Shown: positions 1 to 11,994, counted from the first letter of the stretch. The stretch: DNA of 64,000 bases from a virus (IMGVR_UViG_3300028832_000119:8924-72923); one strand, 5' to 3'. Numbers and translations are program-made. Notes: generated by a model from the sequence alone, not told the origin.

Positions 1-1914
1 TTGTGTAAGTTGCTATATCTAATTATTTTCTGCTTTCTATTTCTTAATGGATTTTTTAACCATTGACTTCATTTCAGTCAAACTCTTTGCCGTCATAATA
101 TCCATTAAAATATCTGGAGATACAATTCCTCCTTTTATAAATTCTGGAACAACTGCTCTTATTTGTTCCATCTCCTTCAATAATTCTGAAGAAGTAATTA
201 TATGTATATCGAAATCAGTAACTGTAAAATACTTAGGAAGAGCAGTAAAAATCTTTTGTAACTTATTACCTAATATTAATGTTCCTGTTAATCCATCTTT
301 ATAAACTATTTTAGCACAATTTAATGCATCTAATAAAATTTCTCTTGTTATTAAATCCATTTGGTAATGCCATTGCTTAGTAACTATAAATGAATTATTA
401 ATTCCAGTTTGAACATTAGTTACCGCATCTCTCTATTGGATTCCATTTAATCTTTCTCTGAATACTCCAGTAATTGAAGATGTAGTTTGTTCTACAGAGT
501 CAATAGCTAATTGAATAGCCTGGATAGCTTGTACTTTAACAGTATCATCAAATCCATTGAACATGGTATTTAAAGGAGCCTGTCCAGTATTTACTTGACC
601 TTCTTGAGAAGTATCAATTAATGCAAGTCCAGCTTTTTTATAAGCCTTCCATTTCATTAATCTTTCAGATAAATCATCACCAAGAATTGCAGGAAGAGTT
701 GGAAGATTTACAAAATCACCAACAGAACCAGATTGTGCTATTAAATTATCTCTGTAGAAATGTAAAAGGTCATAACGATCTTGAAGAACCATACATTTTT
801 GAACCATAGAGAAAGGTTCTCCTCCCCTATTATTAAACCATACTCCGTTTACACTAAGAGTAGCTTTATTAGGTTCATCTTTAGTTCTTACAACTTCTTT
901 ATCTAAACCTTTTAATACATAAATTTCTGAACCAATTCTTACTGTAGAATATCTCTATTCAACAAAGTTTTTATCAGTTTCTATCCATTCAACTTCATAT
1001 ACAGGAATTAAATCCTTATTATACCAATGTTGTTCTGGATATCCTGGAGTAACTTCCTCTCCAGCTCTTATTCCATCAGTTGCAGGAGTTCCATCCTAAT
1101 TGTAACTTCTGACAAAATAAGAACCAGTAGTTTCTAAAGCATCTGTCCACATTTCTTCAATCTTGGCCAGATCGTTTTTAGATAAATCTTTTCCATATTT
1201 ACTAAGAATCTAGTTTCTAGTTAGATAAGTTCTAACTACAACTCTATAAGATTCATTAATATATGGAGAATCATAGTTTAAGTCTGGAAACACATTAAGT
1301 GGATTTAAACATTCAATGTGTATATTTTTACCAGAAGAAGAAGGAAGAACTCTATAAAAAGTGAATCCAGAAACCAATAAATCTATAAATAACTACTTTA
1401 ATTTAGTTACTAGATCAACATTTCTAGACTAAATGATGTATTCAACAACATTTTGTCCAGCTATTTCGTATTCAGAAATAAAGTTTTCATTAATATCTTC
1501 TATCAATTTGTCCAACTATTCTTTTATATTTAGATCTTGCATATCCTTGCTTCCTAGTATTCGTAAGAGATTATTTTTGAGATTCATTTGTAGGAGATTT
1601 GCACATTCAGAAGCAATTTGTATTTGTCTTTCTCTAAATATATTATTAATAGTTACAGTATCTTTACAAGAAACCTTTGGTAGAATTGGAACATCTAAAT
1701 ATTCTCCTACTAAAGCATCAATATGTTTCCTAATTAAAGGAATAAACTCAACCGCTGTTGGCTACCCAATGCCAAAGTTTTCTTCTAAGTATTTAAACTA
1801 TTCCTTATCTCGTTTACAGTTATAATAATTATAAGCTTTCTTTATAGCTGTTTTTTCCTAAACAAGTTCGGCAATAGCTAAATCAGTTTTGCTAACAAGT
1901 TCTTCTTTCTTCAT
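1..1914 (-). CDS. large virion structural protein, portal-like; 5' partial (runs off window start); TAG-recoded
   Basis: One frame (ORF fragments 37..360, 433..807 plus the unlisted 808-1914 stretch) translates continuously with only in-frame TAG (positions 37, 433, 955, 1096, 1762, 1798, 1858) and no TAA/TGA. Candidate start Met at 1912-1914 (MKKEELVSKTDLAIAELV...). Lies downstream of TerL as expected for a portal gene. Confidence 0.45.
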
Positions 1915-2179
1915 CTTCTGGATAAATTTTAACTCCTCTAAAGAATTTTACTCTATGTAACTGTCTAGAGACGAGTTCTTGTTCAACAAATTTTAAAAAA
2001 TCTTCTGCAGTTAAATCTGCAGACATTTGTATTACGGGTTTATCTAGATTATCAAAGTCTAATTCAACTTTATAACCTGTCCCACCCTTCCCTAATTTAG
2101 TCACCTTAACATGTCCAGTGTATTTACATTTATATTTACACTCAATCATATTAACAATGGCTTCTTCCATTTCGTTCAT
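1883..2179 (-). CDS. small hypothetical protein
   Basis: ORF 1892..2179 ends at a TAG. If the TAG is read through, three more codons follow before TGA at 1883-1885. Its ATG overlaps the TGA stop of the upstream TerL gene (ATGA). Confidence 0.45.
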
Positions 2180-4449
2180 CTATATCTAGGATTACTTGTT
2201 ATATTAGATCCTGGAATATATCCAGTATTAATTTCTCCTTTAACTTCAAATTTATTTTGAGAAGGAATTATTCCATATCTCTTAACTCCTTTCTCATCAA
2301 TATAATAACCAATATCTCTAAGTCCTTGTCCAACAGGTTTATACTCTCTTGGAATAACATCATTTAATTCTTCATCTCCGACTTCCGCCATTTGACAGGC
2401 TGCCACCATATCAAATTTTCCTTTGTTTTCGTCAGTATAAAGATTTAACTATTCTAAGAATTCTATAAACCAAATATTGTGGCAATAATCTTCTACATAA
2501 GAAGCAACTAAGTCAGTACCATGTTCAATCATAGCTGTAGTAGCTGTAGTACCATACTAGTTATTATTTCTTCTTCTTTCATCTCCTCCATAACAAGCTC
2601 TTGGACGTCTCATAAAGAAATGTGCAAACTTATTATCACGAGCATAAGTTAAAACAGATAAACGTGTAGCCTCTATATTTGCCTTTGCTTGATAATACCA
2701 AAGCATTGCCATAGTTTGTTTATAAGCATCTCTAATATCATCAGGTCTATCAAGATAATAAGCTACATAGGTAGGCTCTTTCATTCCATGTACTCTTCTT
2801 TTTATCATAGTACAGAATTTAGATGGGTCTCTAGTCTAAGTAGAGGTTTCAGCCTAACCTATATCAATACCGTCTATTCCAGCTACATATAAATTCTAAA
2901 TTATAGGACTACCATCTTCCCATAAAGGATGTTCTAGTATCCTAACTGGCCCATTTGGATTAGGTTTAAATCTAACTCCAGTAATAAACTCTCGTTTTCT
3001 TTCAGGACCAGAATAAATAAATTCCATATATCCTCTCTAAATAGGTGGAGCCTATTTTTTAATTCTAATGGAAATTATTTGTTCAGCTATTTTAAGTTTG
3101 TTAAATTTATTAACACCTTCAGCTGCAAAGGCTTCTTCTGCTGTAAAACATTGCTCTGCTTTATGTTCAAGAAGTGTTTGTGGGTCAGTAATATCTGCTC
3201 TTCTCTACTCATAATGTTCTCTTTGTTTCTTCATCAAGTATTCTCCTCGACTTCCAACAAATTTAGAGTTATTCATTGATATATAAGCAGGAATAAAGTA
3301 AGCAGTTTCTACCCAATCCCCATCTTCTGTATAGTTGTGTTTAAAAGGGAGTACCTGGAACATTTTAGGATTATAATAAACCTTTCTAAGTCCTTCAAGG
3401 TTAGGTCCAGCATCTCCACCAGTTCCTACTGCCGCAATAATACCTATTTTATTACCACCAACAGTAACAAGTTCTTCTGCTTTTATAAAAGATCTTTCTA
3501 ATATAGGATTAGAACCAGACTCCTCAAGAAATAGGAAACCTACACGGTCACCACGCATTTTTCTATCTTTGTCTACAACTATACCTTCAATCTAAGACAT
3601 AAAACCTGTTTCAATTTTTTGTCCATTTACTACCTTATAGTGAGAGGCTCTTTTCTTAGTAGCAGTATTAATTACCTATCTAAGTTTAAGCATACCTCCC
3701 TAAGTATTATCATCAGTAAATGTTATTCCAGCATTAATTTTATCAAGAGTTTTCTTAACATAGTTATCATCAAATGCTGTTAACAAACATATACTATTTT
3801 TAAAACAGTTAAAAAAGTTATCAAATATAGAAGCATGTATCTCAGAAAATCCACAACCACGGTTTTTCATTACCGTCATATTCTTTCTTAATTTTCTACA
3901 TAATTCAAAATAATGAAAGAATTCATACTAATAAACAAAGAATCTTGGGAAGATAATAGAACGGCTATCACCTGCAACCTCTTGTTCAGTATTAGGTAAT
4001 TGATAATAGTTTAGGAAGTAATAGTTAAATCCTGTAATCGTATAGCCGTTAACTGTCATTCCTTCTTTACATCTTCTATATTCTTCGTTCCAGAAATCTC
4101 TATAAAGTTTTGAACCAGGATAGTATGAACAATACTATTCTGTATCTAAAAATGTTTCACGAGCTTCAGTAAACCATGAAGGATCAAAATCTAATCCTTC
4201 TGTTTCTGTTATAGGTTTATAACCAGTTAATTCGTAAGAAAGTCTTTTATCGAAATAAGGTACAGGGTCGCCTATTTTAACATCCCATTCACCTTCTCGA
4301 TGTTCTACAGTAGTCTCTGGTTTAATCTCTTCTATTTGCTGTTGAAGTTCTTCTTGTTTTTGTTTAACCTCTTCAACTATAGATTTGACTTCCTCAGGAA
4401 TTTCTGGCATTTTACGTGGGCGGCCTCTTTTCTTTTTGACCTCTTCCAT
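2176..4449 (-). CDS. terL: terminase large subunit (TAG-recoded, ~757 aa)
   Basis: Frame carrying ORFs 4135..4449, 3205..3558, 2557..2808 and 2176..2409 is continuous and broken only by TAG. Walker-A-like segment MKNRGCGFSE (3868-3840) resembles the lambda gpA KSARVGYS motif. N-terminal KRGRPRK motif. Ends at TGA 2176-2178 overlapping the next ATG. The ATG at 4447-4449 overlaps the TAA of the upstream gene (TAATG). Confidence 0.6.
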
Positions 4450-5024
4450 TAATCAGGCATAAATCCTTCAACAGCTCCACCACGTATTTGACTTTGCTCC
4501 ATAACTTCTTTCTTAACAAGAGATTCAATTTGTTTAAGAGTTTCAATCTAATCAGCAGCTTCTTTCATTGAAGCTTGAACATCTTTAACTTTAATAAGGT
4601 ATTTACCCTATTCATCTTGTTCTTGTAAGTCTACATTATGGAAATAGTCTATAATCTTATCAGTTACTTCCTAAGCAGCTTGAAGTAATCTAACATATCT
4701 ATTGGAATCCTATAGTGCTACATACTTTCTACAAGCGGCACGAAATTCTGGATTATTCCATTCTTCCTCAGTAATATGAGCGTCTTTTAGAGCAGCTTCA
4801 TGTCTTTCCTAATTACTATAATTAGCATAAGGTGATTTCCAATCAATAGCTAAATATATATAGGTAAATTCTCTATCAGCTCTAACATGGTCTAATCCTG
4901 AAGGATCCTCTTTACATTTATTTCTGGAAGGTTCTAATAATTTCTTAAATTCATCAATTAGAACTAAATCAGCAGTTACTAATTGAGCTCTTCCAGTTTT
5001 CTAATTATAATCCCATATATTCAT
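4449..5024 (-). CDS. hypothetical protein (possible small terminase subunit); 7 in-frame TAG
   Basis: ATG at 5022-5024 (MNIWDYN...) to TAA at 4449-4451. Coherent ~191-aa translation when TAG is read as sense. Position immediately upstream of terL. Confidence 0.4.
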
Positions 5025-5085
5025 ATTTACATTAACATTTATAAATTAATTAATATTTATTAGTGGTTCTTTTGAATCCAGCAGT

Positions 5086-5529
5086 TTTAGATGTAGCATC
5101 ATCAAATTTCTAGAAAATTCCTGTTCCCATATTTGGACGAGTCTAATCTAAACTTTTTACTCGCAAAGGAGTATACTCTCCAGGAAGTCTTCTTCTAATA
5201 TTTGTTATAGATGAAGCTGCTCTTTGCGGAGTTATATTACCTACCCATCTTCCTAAATATTTATCAGGATCATACATCATTACTTTCATAACATTAGCTC
5301 TTTCTTCTGGAGAAAGTTTATCAAGAATGTTATTAATATTTAATCTTGAGGCTTTTGTCATTTTATATGCATCAAATAATTCCTAATAATTTGGAAGATC
5401 TGGAACTTCAATTTGTGCAGAATAACCGTTACCCTATTTAATTGTCTTAGGTCCTGTTGCTATAGATTTTGGTTTAACTACTTTAGAAACAGTTTTTGCA
5501 GCTTTCTATGCTTTCATAGCTTTAACCAT
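5086..5529 (-). CDS. hypothetical virion protein (start uncertain; may extend to ~5778); in-frame TAGs
   Basis: Frame of ORF 5143..5361 continues through TAG 5143 and TAG 5110 to TAA 5086-5088. Coherent translation also upstream of 5361 through TAGs 5383, 5434, 5506. Confidence 0.3.
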
Positions 5530-5732
5530 TTGCAAAGCTTCCCAAGCATTTTTAGCTTTTACAGGTCCAGGAGCAGTTCCAGTATATAAATAGGGATTGT
5601 TAGAAGTTTTACTTTTTTCTTCAATAAAATTATAAAGATCTGTTAAAGGAAAGTTTGAATAATTTCCTGCTCCTTGAGGAATAGGATTATAATAATATTC
5701 TCCGTTTATACCTCTACCATTTATTCCTCCCC

Positions 5733-6398
5733 TTATAGTACCTTCTTGATAAAAGGGATTCCGTTTAAACTACCTCCCTTACGATGCATTTTAAATTGAG
5801 CAATAACAGAACCTTCTTGGTGTTTCTTTATTTTAGAACCACATTTATTTTTTCCAATTCCTTTATTATCTTTTAAAGCTTGGTCTGTTTGGGTTTTAGC
5901 TTTTGGTCCAGAATTTTCTTGTCCTTTCTGAATATCTTTTCCAACTACTATTTGTCCTTTTCTCCATTTATCTTCTCTCTTTTTCTTTTCTTCCTCAGCT
6001 TTTTTTCTATTTTTATTAGCTTCAGCAAGTTGCATCATTTTATTTCCATATTGCATTTTAAATTTGGCAACTGCAGAACCTCCACAATCTTTTTTTACTT
6101 GACCGCCATCTTCTTTCTTCTTGCAGCCACAACCAACAGAACCGCCTTTCTTATAATAAACTACTTCTTCATCTTCAGCACATTGATTCTTCAAAGATTT
6201 GAAGTAATTTAATTTAGCACCATGAGCGGCTTTTTGAGCTTGTGCTTTAGAAGCTTGGGCCTTTTCTTTTTGGTATTCAGCATAATATTTTTTTACTTCA
6301 TCCTAATTCTTTGGGCTATATTTCTTAGCTTCTAGCCATTTCTTAAAATTTGCTAATTCCTTCTATTCTTCTGGAGAAAGTTTTTTGTTATTATCCAT
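5733..6398 (-). CDS. Lys/Glu-rich hypothetical protein, ~221 aa, 2 in-frame TAG
   Basis: ATG 6396-6398 (MDNNKKLSPEE-TAG-KELANFKK...) continues into ORF 5733..6194 and ends at TAA 5733-5735. Confidence 0.45.
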
Positions 6399-6400
6399 AA

Positions 6401-6619
6401 TTAATCGACTAAGATTAAATCTTTTGTAGAGAATACTGCTTCTTGTAAAAAGCCGTTCTCTGTAAACCATCTTACCTTTACTCCTTTAAGTAAGGCATTT
6501 TTATCGTCACTTCTAATTATAGAGCGTTCAACTCTATATACCAACATAATAGGTTTATTTGGTATGTCCTGGCGAAGGGTTACCTTCTAGCCAGGAACAA
6601 AATAAATCTTTTCATCCAT
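6401..6619 (-). CDS. small hypothetical protein (72 aa, one in-frame TAG)
   Basis: ATG 6617-6619 (MDEKIYFVPG-TAG-KVTLRQ...) to TAA 6401-6403. Not in the ORF track because of the TAG. Confidence 0.35.
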
Positions 6620-6621
6620 CA

Positions 6622-7206
6622 TTATTTATTCTTATTAAATCTTTCTGTTAAACCTTCATTTACAACTGCAAGAACTCTATTTTCACATACAAGGTGTAAG
6701 TTCTGCTTATAGAAAGGAACTGGAACTGCTGAGTTCTTAGTAAAGAAAATAGTATCATCAGGTTGACACCATTTACATTCAGGACCAACTTCCTGAATAA
6801 CTCCTACCTTAATAAATTGTTCTTCTTCCTCAATTTGTCCATTATCAGTGTTTTTATACTGAGGAGCCATACCTCCCATATCAAGAATAAGTCCAGATTT
6901 AGAATCACGAACAATTCTTTGGAAAGGATTGTCTTCAAATTGTTTTACAAGAACATAATTACCAATAGGCATGATTTCGATGTTAGCCATATTTTCATTT
7001 ACTTTCTTAGCAAATTCTTCTACATTAGTAAATTGTTTGTCAATTTTTTCTGTAAACTTATCAACTTCTTCATTGAAGTTTTTTACATTGCGTTGTTCAA
7101 TAACGTCATCTGCTGTAGTTCCATCTAAAGTCATAACTCTACTTGTACTTTCACCTGCTACATGCATAGCAATTTTTTCATTCTCGCTTAAAATTGGATG
7201 TTCCAT
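6622..7206 (-). CDS. hypothetical protein (194 aa, no TAG)
   Basis: Intact ORF ending at TAA. In-frame TGA lies 5 codons upstream of the Met. Confidence 0.55.
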   Translation of the reverse strand: MEHPILSENEKIAMHVAGESTSRVMTLDGTTADDVIEQRNVKNFNEEVDKFTEKIDKQFTNVEEFAKKVNENMANIEIMPIGNYVLVKQFEDNPFQRIVRDSKSGLILDMGGMAPQYKNTDNGQIEEEEQFIKVGVIQEVGPECKWCQPDDTIFFTKNSAVPVPFYKQNLHLVCENRVLAVVNEGLTERFNKNK

Positions 7207-7207
7207 A

Positions 7208-7480
7208 TTACCATTTATTCATTAAACATTTCTCGGATTCAACGCTTACTTTACTTTTTATTATACAACCGCATTGATCACATATATATGAGCCCATGTA
7301 TTTTATTCTATGCTCACACTTATTACAAATATCTAGTCTTCTTCTTTGTTCATCTGAAGTGTAACCAGTTAAGTTCCTCCAGTTACCTACTATTATATTT
7401 CGTAATTTTAGAAAGAGATTCATAATTTTAAAGATTTCACTTTGTTTCACAAAGTAAAAATTACCACTTACCAGCAACAC
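7208..7480 (-). CDS. Cys-rich zinc-ribbon protein
   Basis: ORF with CNKCEH...CDQCGC motifs. Confidence 0.45.
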   Translation of the reverse strand: MLLVSGNFYFVKQSEIFKIMNLFLKLRNIIVGNWRNLTGYTSDEQRRRLDICNKCEHRIKYMGSYICDQCGCIIKSKVSVESEKCLMNKW

Positions 7481-7656
7481 AGTGGTTACTAAGATTTCTC
7501 ATCTTTATTAATATATGACAACCACAACCTCTGATATATCCTGCTTTTGCGGAAGTTGAAACTTCATTAGTGTCAGGATTTAACCAGAGTTTGGGGTTGC
7601 AAAGACCTAAAGCAGGACTATATATTGGACATTTTTTACATATCTCTTTACGTTCT

Positions 7657-8568
7657 TCAATACTCTATTCGTGCATACTTAGCCTTTTGTTTTTCAAGTT
7701 TGTTTTGTTTAGCATAATGCTTAAGCATCTTTTCCACATCATCTTTTAAATAAGAACAGTGGTATAACGTATTCTTTCCAGAGTGGTCATAGTGATTTAA
7801 AATCAAATCTTTAATAACAAATTCTGGATTTAGTTTTTGAAGCATCCAAGCATAGGTGGATAATTGCAACTGATAATGATTAAAGTTACATTCATCTAAA
7901 TGTCCTAAAGGATACTTCATTTTATCAGCACAACGATTTGCACTATTATAAAATCCTTTTAAGTCTATTTTAGCGTTAGTCTTATGGTCTATGATATAAA
8001 TATCATTTCCATTTTTTACTATAAGGTCTATCTGTCCTGCTAGGTGTAAATCAATTTTAGGATTGTCATAATATATTAAGTATTCAGGATACACTCCATA
8101 ATCTAAGTTTAAATCAGTATAGTCTTTTTTACATACAAACTTTCCACCAATTCCAAACTTTTTTAAAGTAATATTAGAACCTGCATCATAGAATGAATGT
8201 TCTAATTGAGCATGAATCTTAGTTCCTCTTTCACAAGCAATTCTATTTGTTTCAGTCCATTCATCGAGTATATCTTGTTGAACCTTATTTAAATCCTCTT
8301 GAGTTATATTATATACTTCTAAAAAATCTTTAGGTATTTTATGATTCTTCCAAATACCTCCTTTTTCTTTCTTCCAGTCTTCTGGATTCATTATTCTTTC
8401 TAATGCTTTATAAGCACTAACGAATTCCTTATCAAATTCTTTTCCATACTTTTCAATCAAAGTAGTTACTGAAATATATTTGATAGTAGGATCATTCAAA
8501 TTTCCATAATAATGGTCTGCTTCTCTAAATCCCACAGAACCATTAATTTTATCATACTGCATTTCCAT
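7657..8568 (-). CDS. PD-(D/E)XK superfamily nuclease (RecB/Cas4/YqaJ-like exonuclease)
   Basis: 303-aa intact ORF. Motifs GTKIHAQLEH, IDLIV...IIDHKT (D...D/ExK) and QLQLSTYAWM (QxxxY) are typical of the RecB-family nuclease fold. Confidence 0.55.
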   Translation of the reverse strand: MEMQYDKINGSVGFREADHYYGNLNDPTIKYISVTTLIEKYGKEFDKEFVSAYKALERIMNPEDWKKEKGGIWKNHKIPKDFLEVYNITQEDLNKVQQDILDEWTETNRIACERGTKIHAQLEHSFYDAGSNITLKKFGIGGKFVCKKDYTDLNLDYGVYPEYLIYYDNPKIDLHLAGQIDLIVKNGNDIYIIDHKTNAKIDLKGFYNSANRCADKMKYPLGHLDECNFNHYQLQLSTYAWMLQKLNPEFVIKDLILNHYDHSGKNTLYHCSYLKDDVEKMLKHYAKQNKLEKQKAKYARIEY

Positions 8569-8587
8569 TAAACATATAAATTTTTCA

Positions 8588-9199
8588 TTACTTAGAATTA
8601 TCTTTTATATACTATAAAATTCCTTCAACGTGAAGTCTTACAATAGCATGAAAGCCTTCATCACTGAGTAAATAATCTACATCTTTTTTATTATCCTAAA
8701 AAAAGTTTTCCGTTAGTACCGCAGGACAATTAGTATTTTTAAGAACATATAAATGAGCTTCTTTATCTGGATCTCCATCCGAAAAATCAGTTCTCATTTT
8801 AGCGTCCTTTAGATTTGTTTTTGCTGCATTATATAAACAGGTTGCAAGCTCATCAGCTTTAGTTTTACCAACTGATGTAAAAACTTCCCAACCTGTTCCC
8901 TCATGCCATTTACCGTCAGAACCGGAGGCATTTACATGTATAGAAACATAAATACAGTTTTTGTACTGTTTTACTAATTCATTAACAACTTTACATCTTA
9001 AACATAATTCTTTTGATTGAGATACTCCTAAGTCATCATCTTCTACATCAATAAAGACTTTATATCCCATATCTTTAAGAATCGCTGCAGCAGCTTTACA
9101 AACTTCTCTAGAATATTTATATTCTCTAAATTTTCCATCTGGAGAACCTTTTCCTAAGATGCTTTTCTAATGAGCTGTGCCAAAAACAACTGTAATCAT
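8588..9199 (-). CDS. N-acetylmuramoyl-L-alanine amidase (Amidase_3) endolysin; 3 in-frame TAG
   Basis: Core ORF 8696..9070 has SIHVNA and NCPAVLTENFF motifs. Reading through TAG 8696 gives the canonical Amidase_3 C-terminus (DNKKDVDYLLSDEGFHAIVRLHVEGIL-TAG-YIKDNSK) ending at TAA 8588. N-terminus MITVVFGTAH-TAG-KSILGKGSPDGK starts at ATG 9197-9199, which overlaps the upstream TGA (ATGA). Confidence 0.65.
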
Positions 9200-9870
9200 T
9201 TCTTATTGTTATAATCTAATAGTAAAGCTAACTTCTAAATATGTGGTAAAACTTTTCCTGTATAAATGTATCCATATTTCTTAGGAGCTTTATACAACAA
9301 AACAATCATTCCTATTTGTGAATCAGTACCTTCAATAGTAAAGAAAGTAACAGATTCTGCATCACTTGCTTTTACAAGTCGATATAATTTTGGAAGGCTT
9401 GTTTTCATTTCCTCAATATCTAGAAATTTCACATAACTTTGATTATGGATTTTAAATAATTCATCTGCATAATAAATATAATCTAATTTATTCCACTACT
9501 ATCTTAAAGTAGGAACATCTACTGATCTTGGAGCTTCCGTGAGACAAGATAAATACAAATATTTATAACCTTGCAAACTTTGAGTATTATTATGATAATT
9601 CAAAAGTAATACATCAAAAGCATCCTTATCTATTTCTGCTATTGCTTGGATTTGACGGTTTATTTCAACGGCGGTTTCTTTAGAGTACTATTCTGCCTTT
9701 TTATTGGCAATAATTTCCTATTCGAACTTTTGTTGAATCTGATGACCAGTTTCTCCAATTATCTGAGAATATAAAATCCATCCAAATAGAAAAATAATAA
9801 TTACATTTCTAGTTTCAGGCTTAATTTTATTTAATATTCCCCACAAATACTTAATCCAATTTAAATTCAT
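9196..9870 (-). CDS. membrane protein directly upstream of endolysin (holin-like?); 5 in-frame TAG
   Basis: ATG 9868-9870 (MNLNWIKYLWGILNKIKPETRNVIIIFLFGWILYSQII = N-terminal TM helix). Same frame continues through TAGs into ORF 9235..9432 and ends at TGA 9196-9198. Confidence 0.4.
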
Positions 9871-9999
9871 CTTTTTGTTTGTTATAAAATAAAAATATTT
9901 GTATTTATCCAAATGTATTAGTATATTTAGTAATGTCAAAATAATTAATATTCGTTTCGTTAAAGAAATTAAATTTAAGCTTAAAAAATATTTTAGATT

Positions 10000-11361
10000 A
10001 TGAACAACGTTGTTAAAAATTTTAAAAAAGGACACAAAATTCGAATCAAGGAGTCTCAAAAAGGTTCTTTTACTAAATGGTGTGGAGGGGATGTCACAAA
10101 TGAATGTATTTAGAGGGGAAAGAATAGTCCTAACCCTAAGATAAGAAAAAAGGCAACTTTTGCTGCAAATGCTAGAAAGTGGAAACATTAGGAAGGAGGA
10201 AGTATTGAAAGATTTAAGAATCCTTCTGGACCTATCACTGCTAAATAGAAAGCAAGAGCCAACTTAACTAAAAGAAAAACTCCTGATTGGGATAATTTAG
10301 ATAGAGGTTATAGATATTTGACTTAGGATATGAAACTTCCTCATGATTAGGCTATTGCATTAATGGGTAATGTTGTTGAAGAAAGTCAAGGAAATTATAA
10401 GGCTGCTCAAAAGAATGGAAGAGGTAGAGGACTCATTCAATGGGATGGAAGACCTGCTCCTGAAGGTAGATATGGACAATGGGGAAGTATTTGGGCTTCT
10501 GTTGCCAAGAAAGCTAATGTTTACGATCCAGATACTGATACAGTTAAAAATTATTGGGCCCCTTGGAATGGGTTAAAAGGAGAATAGGTTAGACAAAAGT
10601 TTATATCTGCTCCTTTAAAATAGAAAGCTAGAATATATGCTGAATCATACCTTCGTCCTGGAAAACCTAGAATTGCTGATAGACAATTAAGTGCTATGCA
10701 ATTAGATTCTATTTATAATCCTAAAATAAAAAATATTGTAGTACAATAGAAAGTGGGAGGTAAAATAGATTTTCTTAGTTTAGGAGGAAATTTCTCTAAT
10801 ATTCTAAAAAATGTAGGTTCTTGGGCATAGGATAATAAAGATTTAATTAATGGAGTTGGTGGAGCCCTTGTTTCTGGAATAGGTTTATTTAAAAATTCTA
10901 GTGCTTCTGCAGATTTTCGTGATTCAGATAATAAGAGAATCCAAGAAGGCTATAATGCAATAGTTAATGATCTTGGCGATGGAATTGATGAAGAAGTAAA
11001 CTCTCTTATTGCACAAATGAAAGAACAAAATCCAGATTAGAATTTTGGAGAGATTGATTATTAGATGTTACGATAGAAAGTGGAACAATAGCGTAGATAG
11101 AAAAATATGTAGAAAGCTGATATGTATAAATAGTAGGAACTTGAAAAACAAGGAAAAGTTTTAAGTTCTATGGAAGAATCTAATACATCTTTATTAGGAG
11201 GACTTCTAAGTAAATTAGGAGGAATTGGTACTGATGTTTTAAATAGTAAATCTGCTTCTGCAACTAAAGGAACAGCTACAGGTTCTACTGTTGGAACTGG
11301 AGAAACGACTACTTATGTTGGAAGTAATGGAAGTTTAAAATTAAATAACATGTTAGCATAA
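10000..11361 (+). CDS. SLT-domain lytic transglycosylase (virion or lysis peptidoglycan hydrolase); TAG-recoded; C-terminal extent uncertain
   Basis: Frame from ATG 10000 includes ORFs 10363..10587 and 11170..11361 with only TAG interruptions. SLT motif EESQGNYKAAQKNGRGRGLIQW (E-S...G-L-I-Q). TAG density rises sharply at 11040-11170, so the true end could be earlier. Confidence 0.45.
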
Positions 11362-11371
11362 CACAAAGAAA

Positions 11372-11405
11372 CCCCGATAGGATTAATTTCCTACCGGGGT
11401 TTTTA
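11372..11405 (+). terminator. rho-independent terminator-like hairpin
   Basis: aaccccgatagg...cctaccgggg stem followed by TTTTT. Confidence 0.4.
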
Positions 11406-11574
11406 CTCAAGTACAAGTATGAAAAAGAATTATCTATCAATATCGATTGATAGTTTATTAAGTTCATCTTTCCAATGAAGGTAATAACCATTATCTAACA
11501 TATTATGGTCTATAGATAATTGTTCTATTGCCTTAATCTCGTCTATATTTGCTTGATATAAATCTCTAAAAATT

Positions 11575-11994
11575 TCAGTTCTCATAATACAATGTCATTA
11601 AATATTCTTCTGTTATTTCTTTAATTCCAGTTTTAGTAGTTGGGTTCCATATATGATTCTTAAAGAGTTCTCTCATTGTAGGACGAGGTTCATCTTTTTT
11701 AATAAAGCATACTCTTCTAGTATCATCTATGTTCGAACGAACTATTACTTTTGTTACATCTTTCATATAATCCTCTAGCTCATTGCTAGGGGATTTTTCT
11801 TTTTTAATAGGATTATCTATAATTTCTATATCATCTATAGATAATTTCATCCTTTTTAATTTCTTCTCCAGATTTGGAGTAGTGATTATTGTTCCTTTAT
11901 ATTTAAATGTTGTTTCCATAGTTGTCCCACTAGGATTCGAACCCAGGCTAAAGGATTTAGAGTCCCCTGTACTGACCATTATACTATAGGACAA
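11575..11994 (-). CDS. hypothetical protein (139 aa)
   Basis: Intact ORF, standard code. Confidence 0.45.
   Translation of the reverse strand: MSYSIMVSTGDSKSFSLGSNPSGTTMETTFKYKGTIITTPNLEKKLKRMKLSIDDIEIIDNPIKKEKSPSNELEDYMKDVTKVIVRSNIDDTRRVCFIKKDEPRPTMRELFKNHIWNPTTKTGIKEITEEYLMTLYYEN

Noticed and set aside
47-7425. Numerous plus-strand ORFs in the track within 1-9000 (e.g. 47..304, 1433..1825, 5880..6212, 6763..7225, 7198..7425)
   Set aside because: Low-complexity, antisense to coherent minus-strand genes that are only fragmented by TAG. Typical shadow ORFs in AT-rich DNA.
9718-10188. Track ORF 9718..10188 (minus strand, 156 aa, low-complexity)
   Set aside because: Its C-terminal 50 aa are the real N-terminus of the 9196-9870 membrane protein. 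The rest overlaps the plus-strand SLT gene start and reads as low-complexity antisense. I treated it as an artefact of TAG fragmentation.
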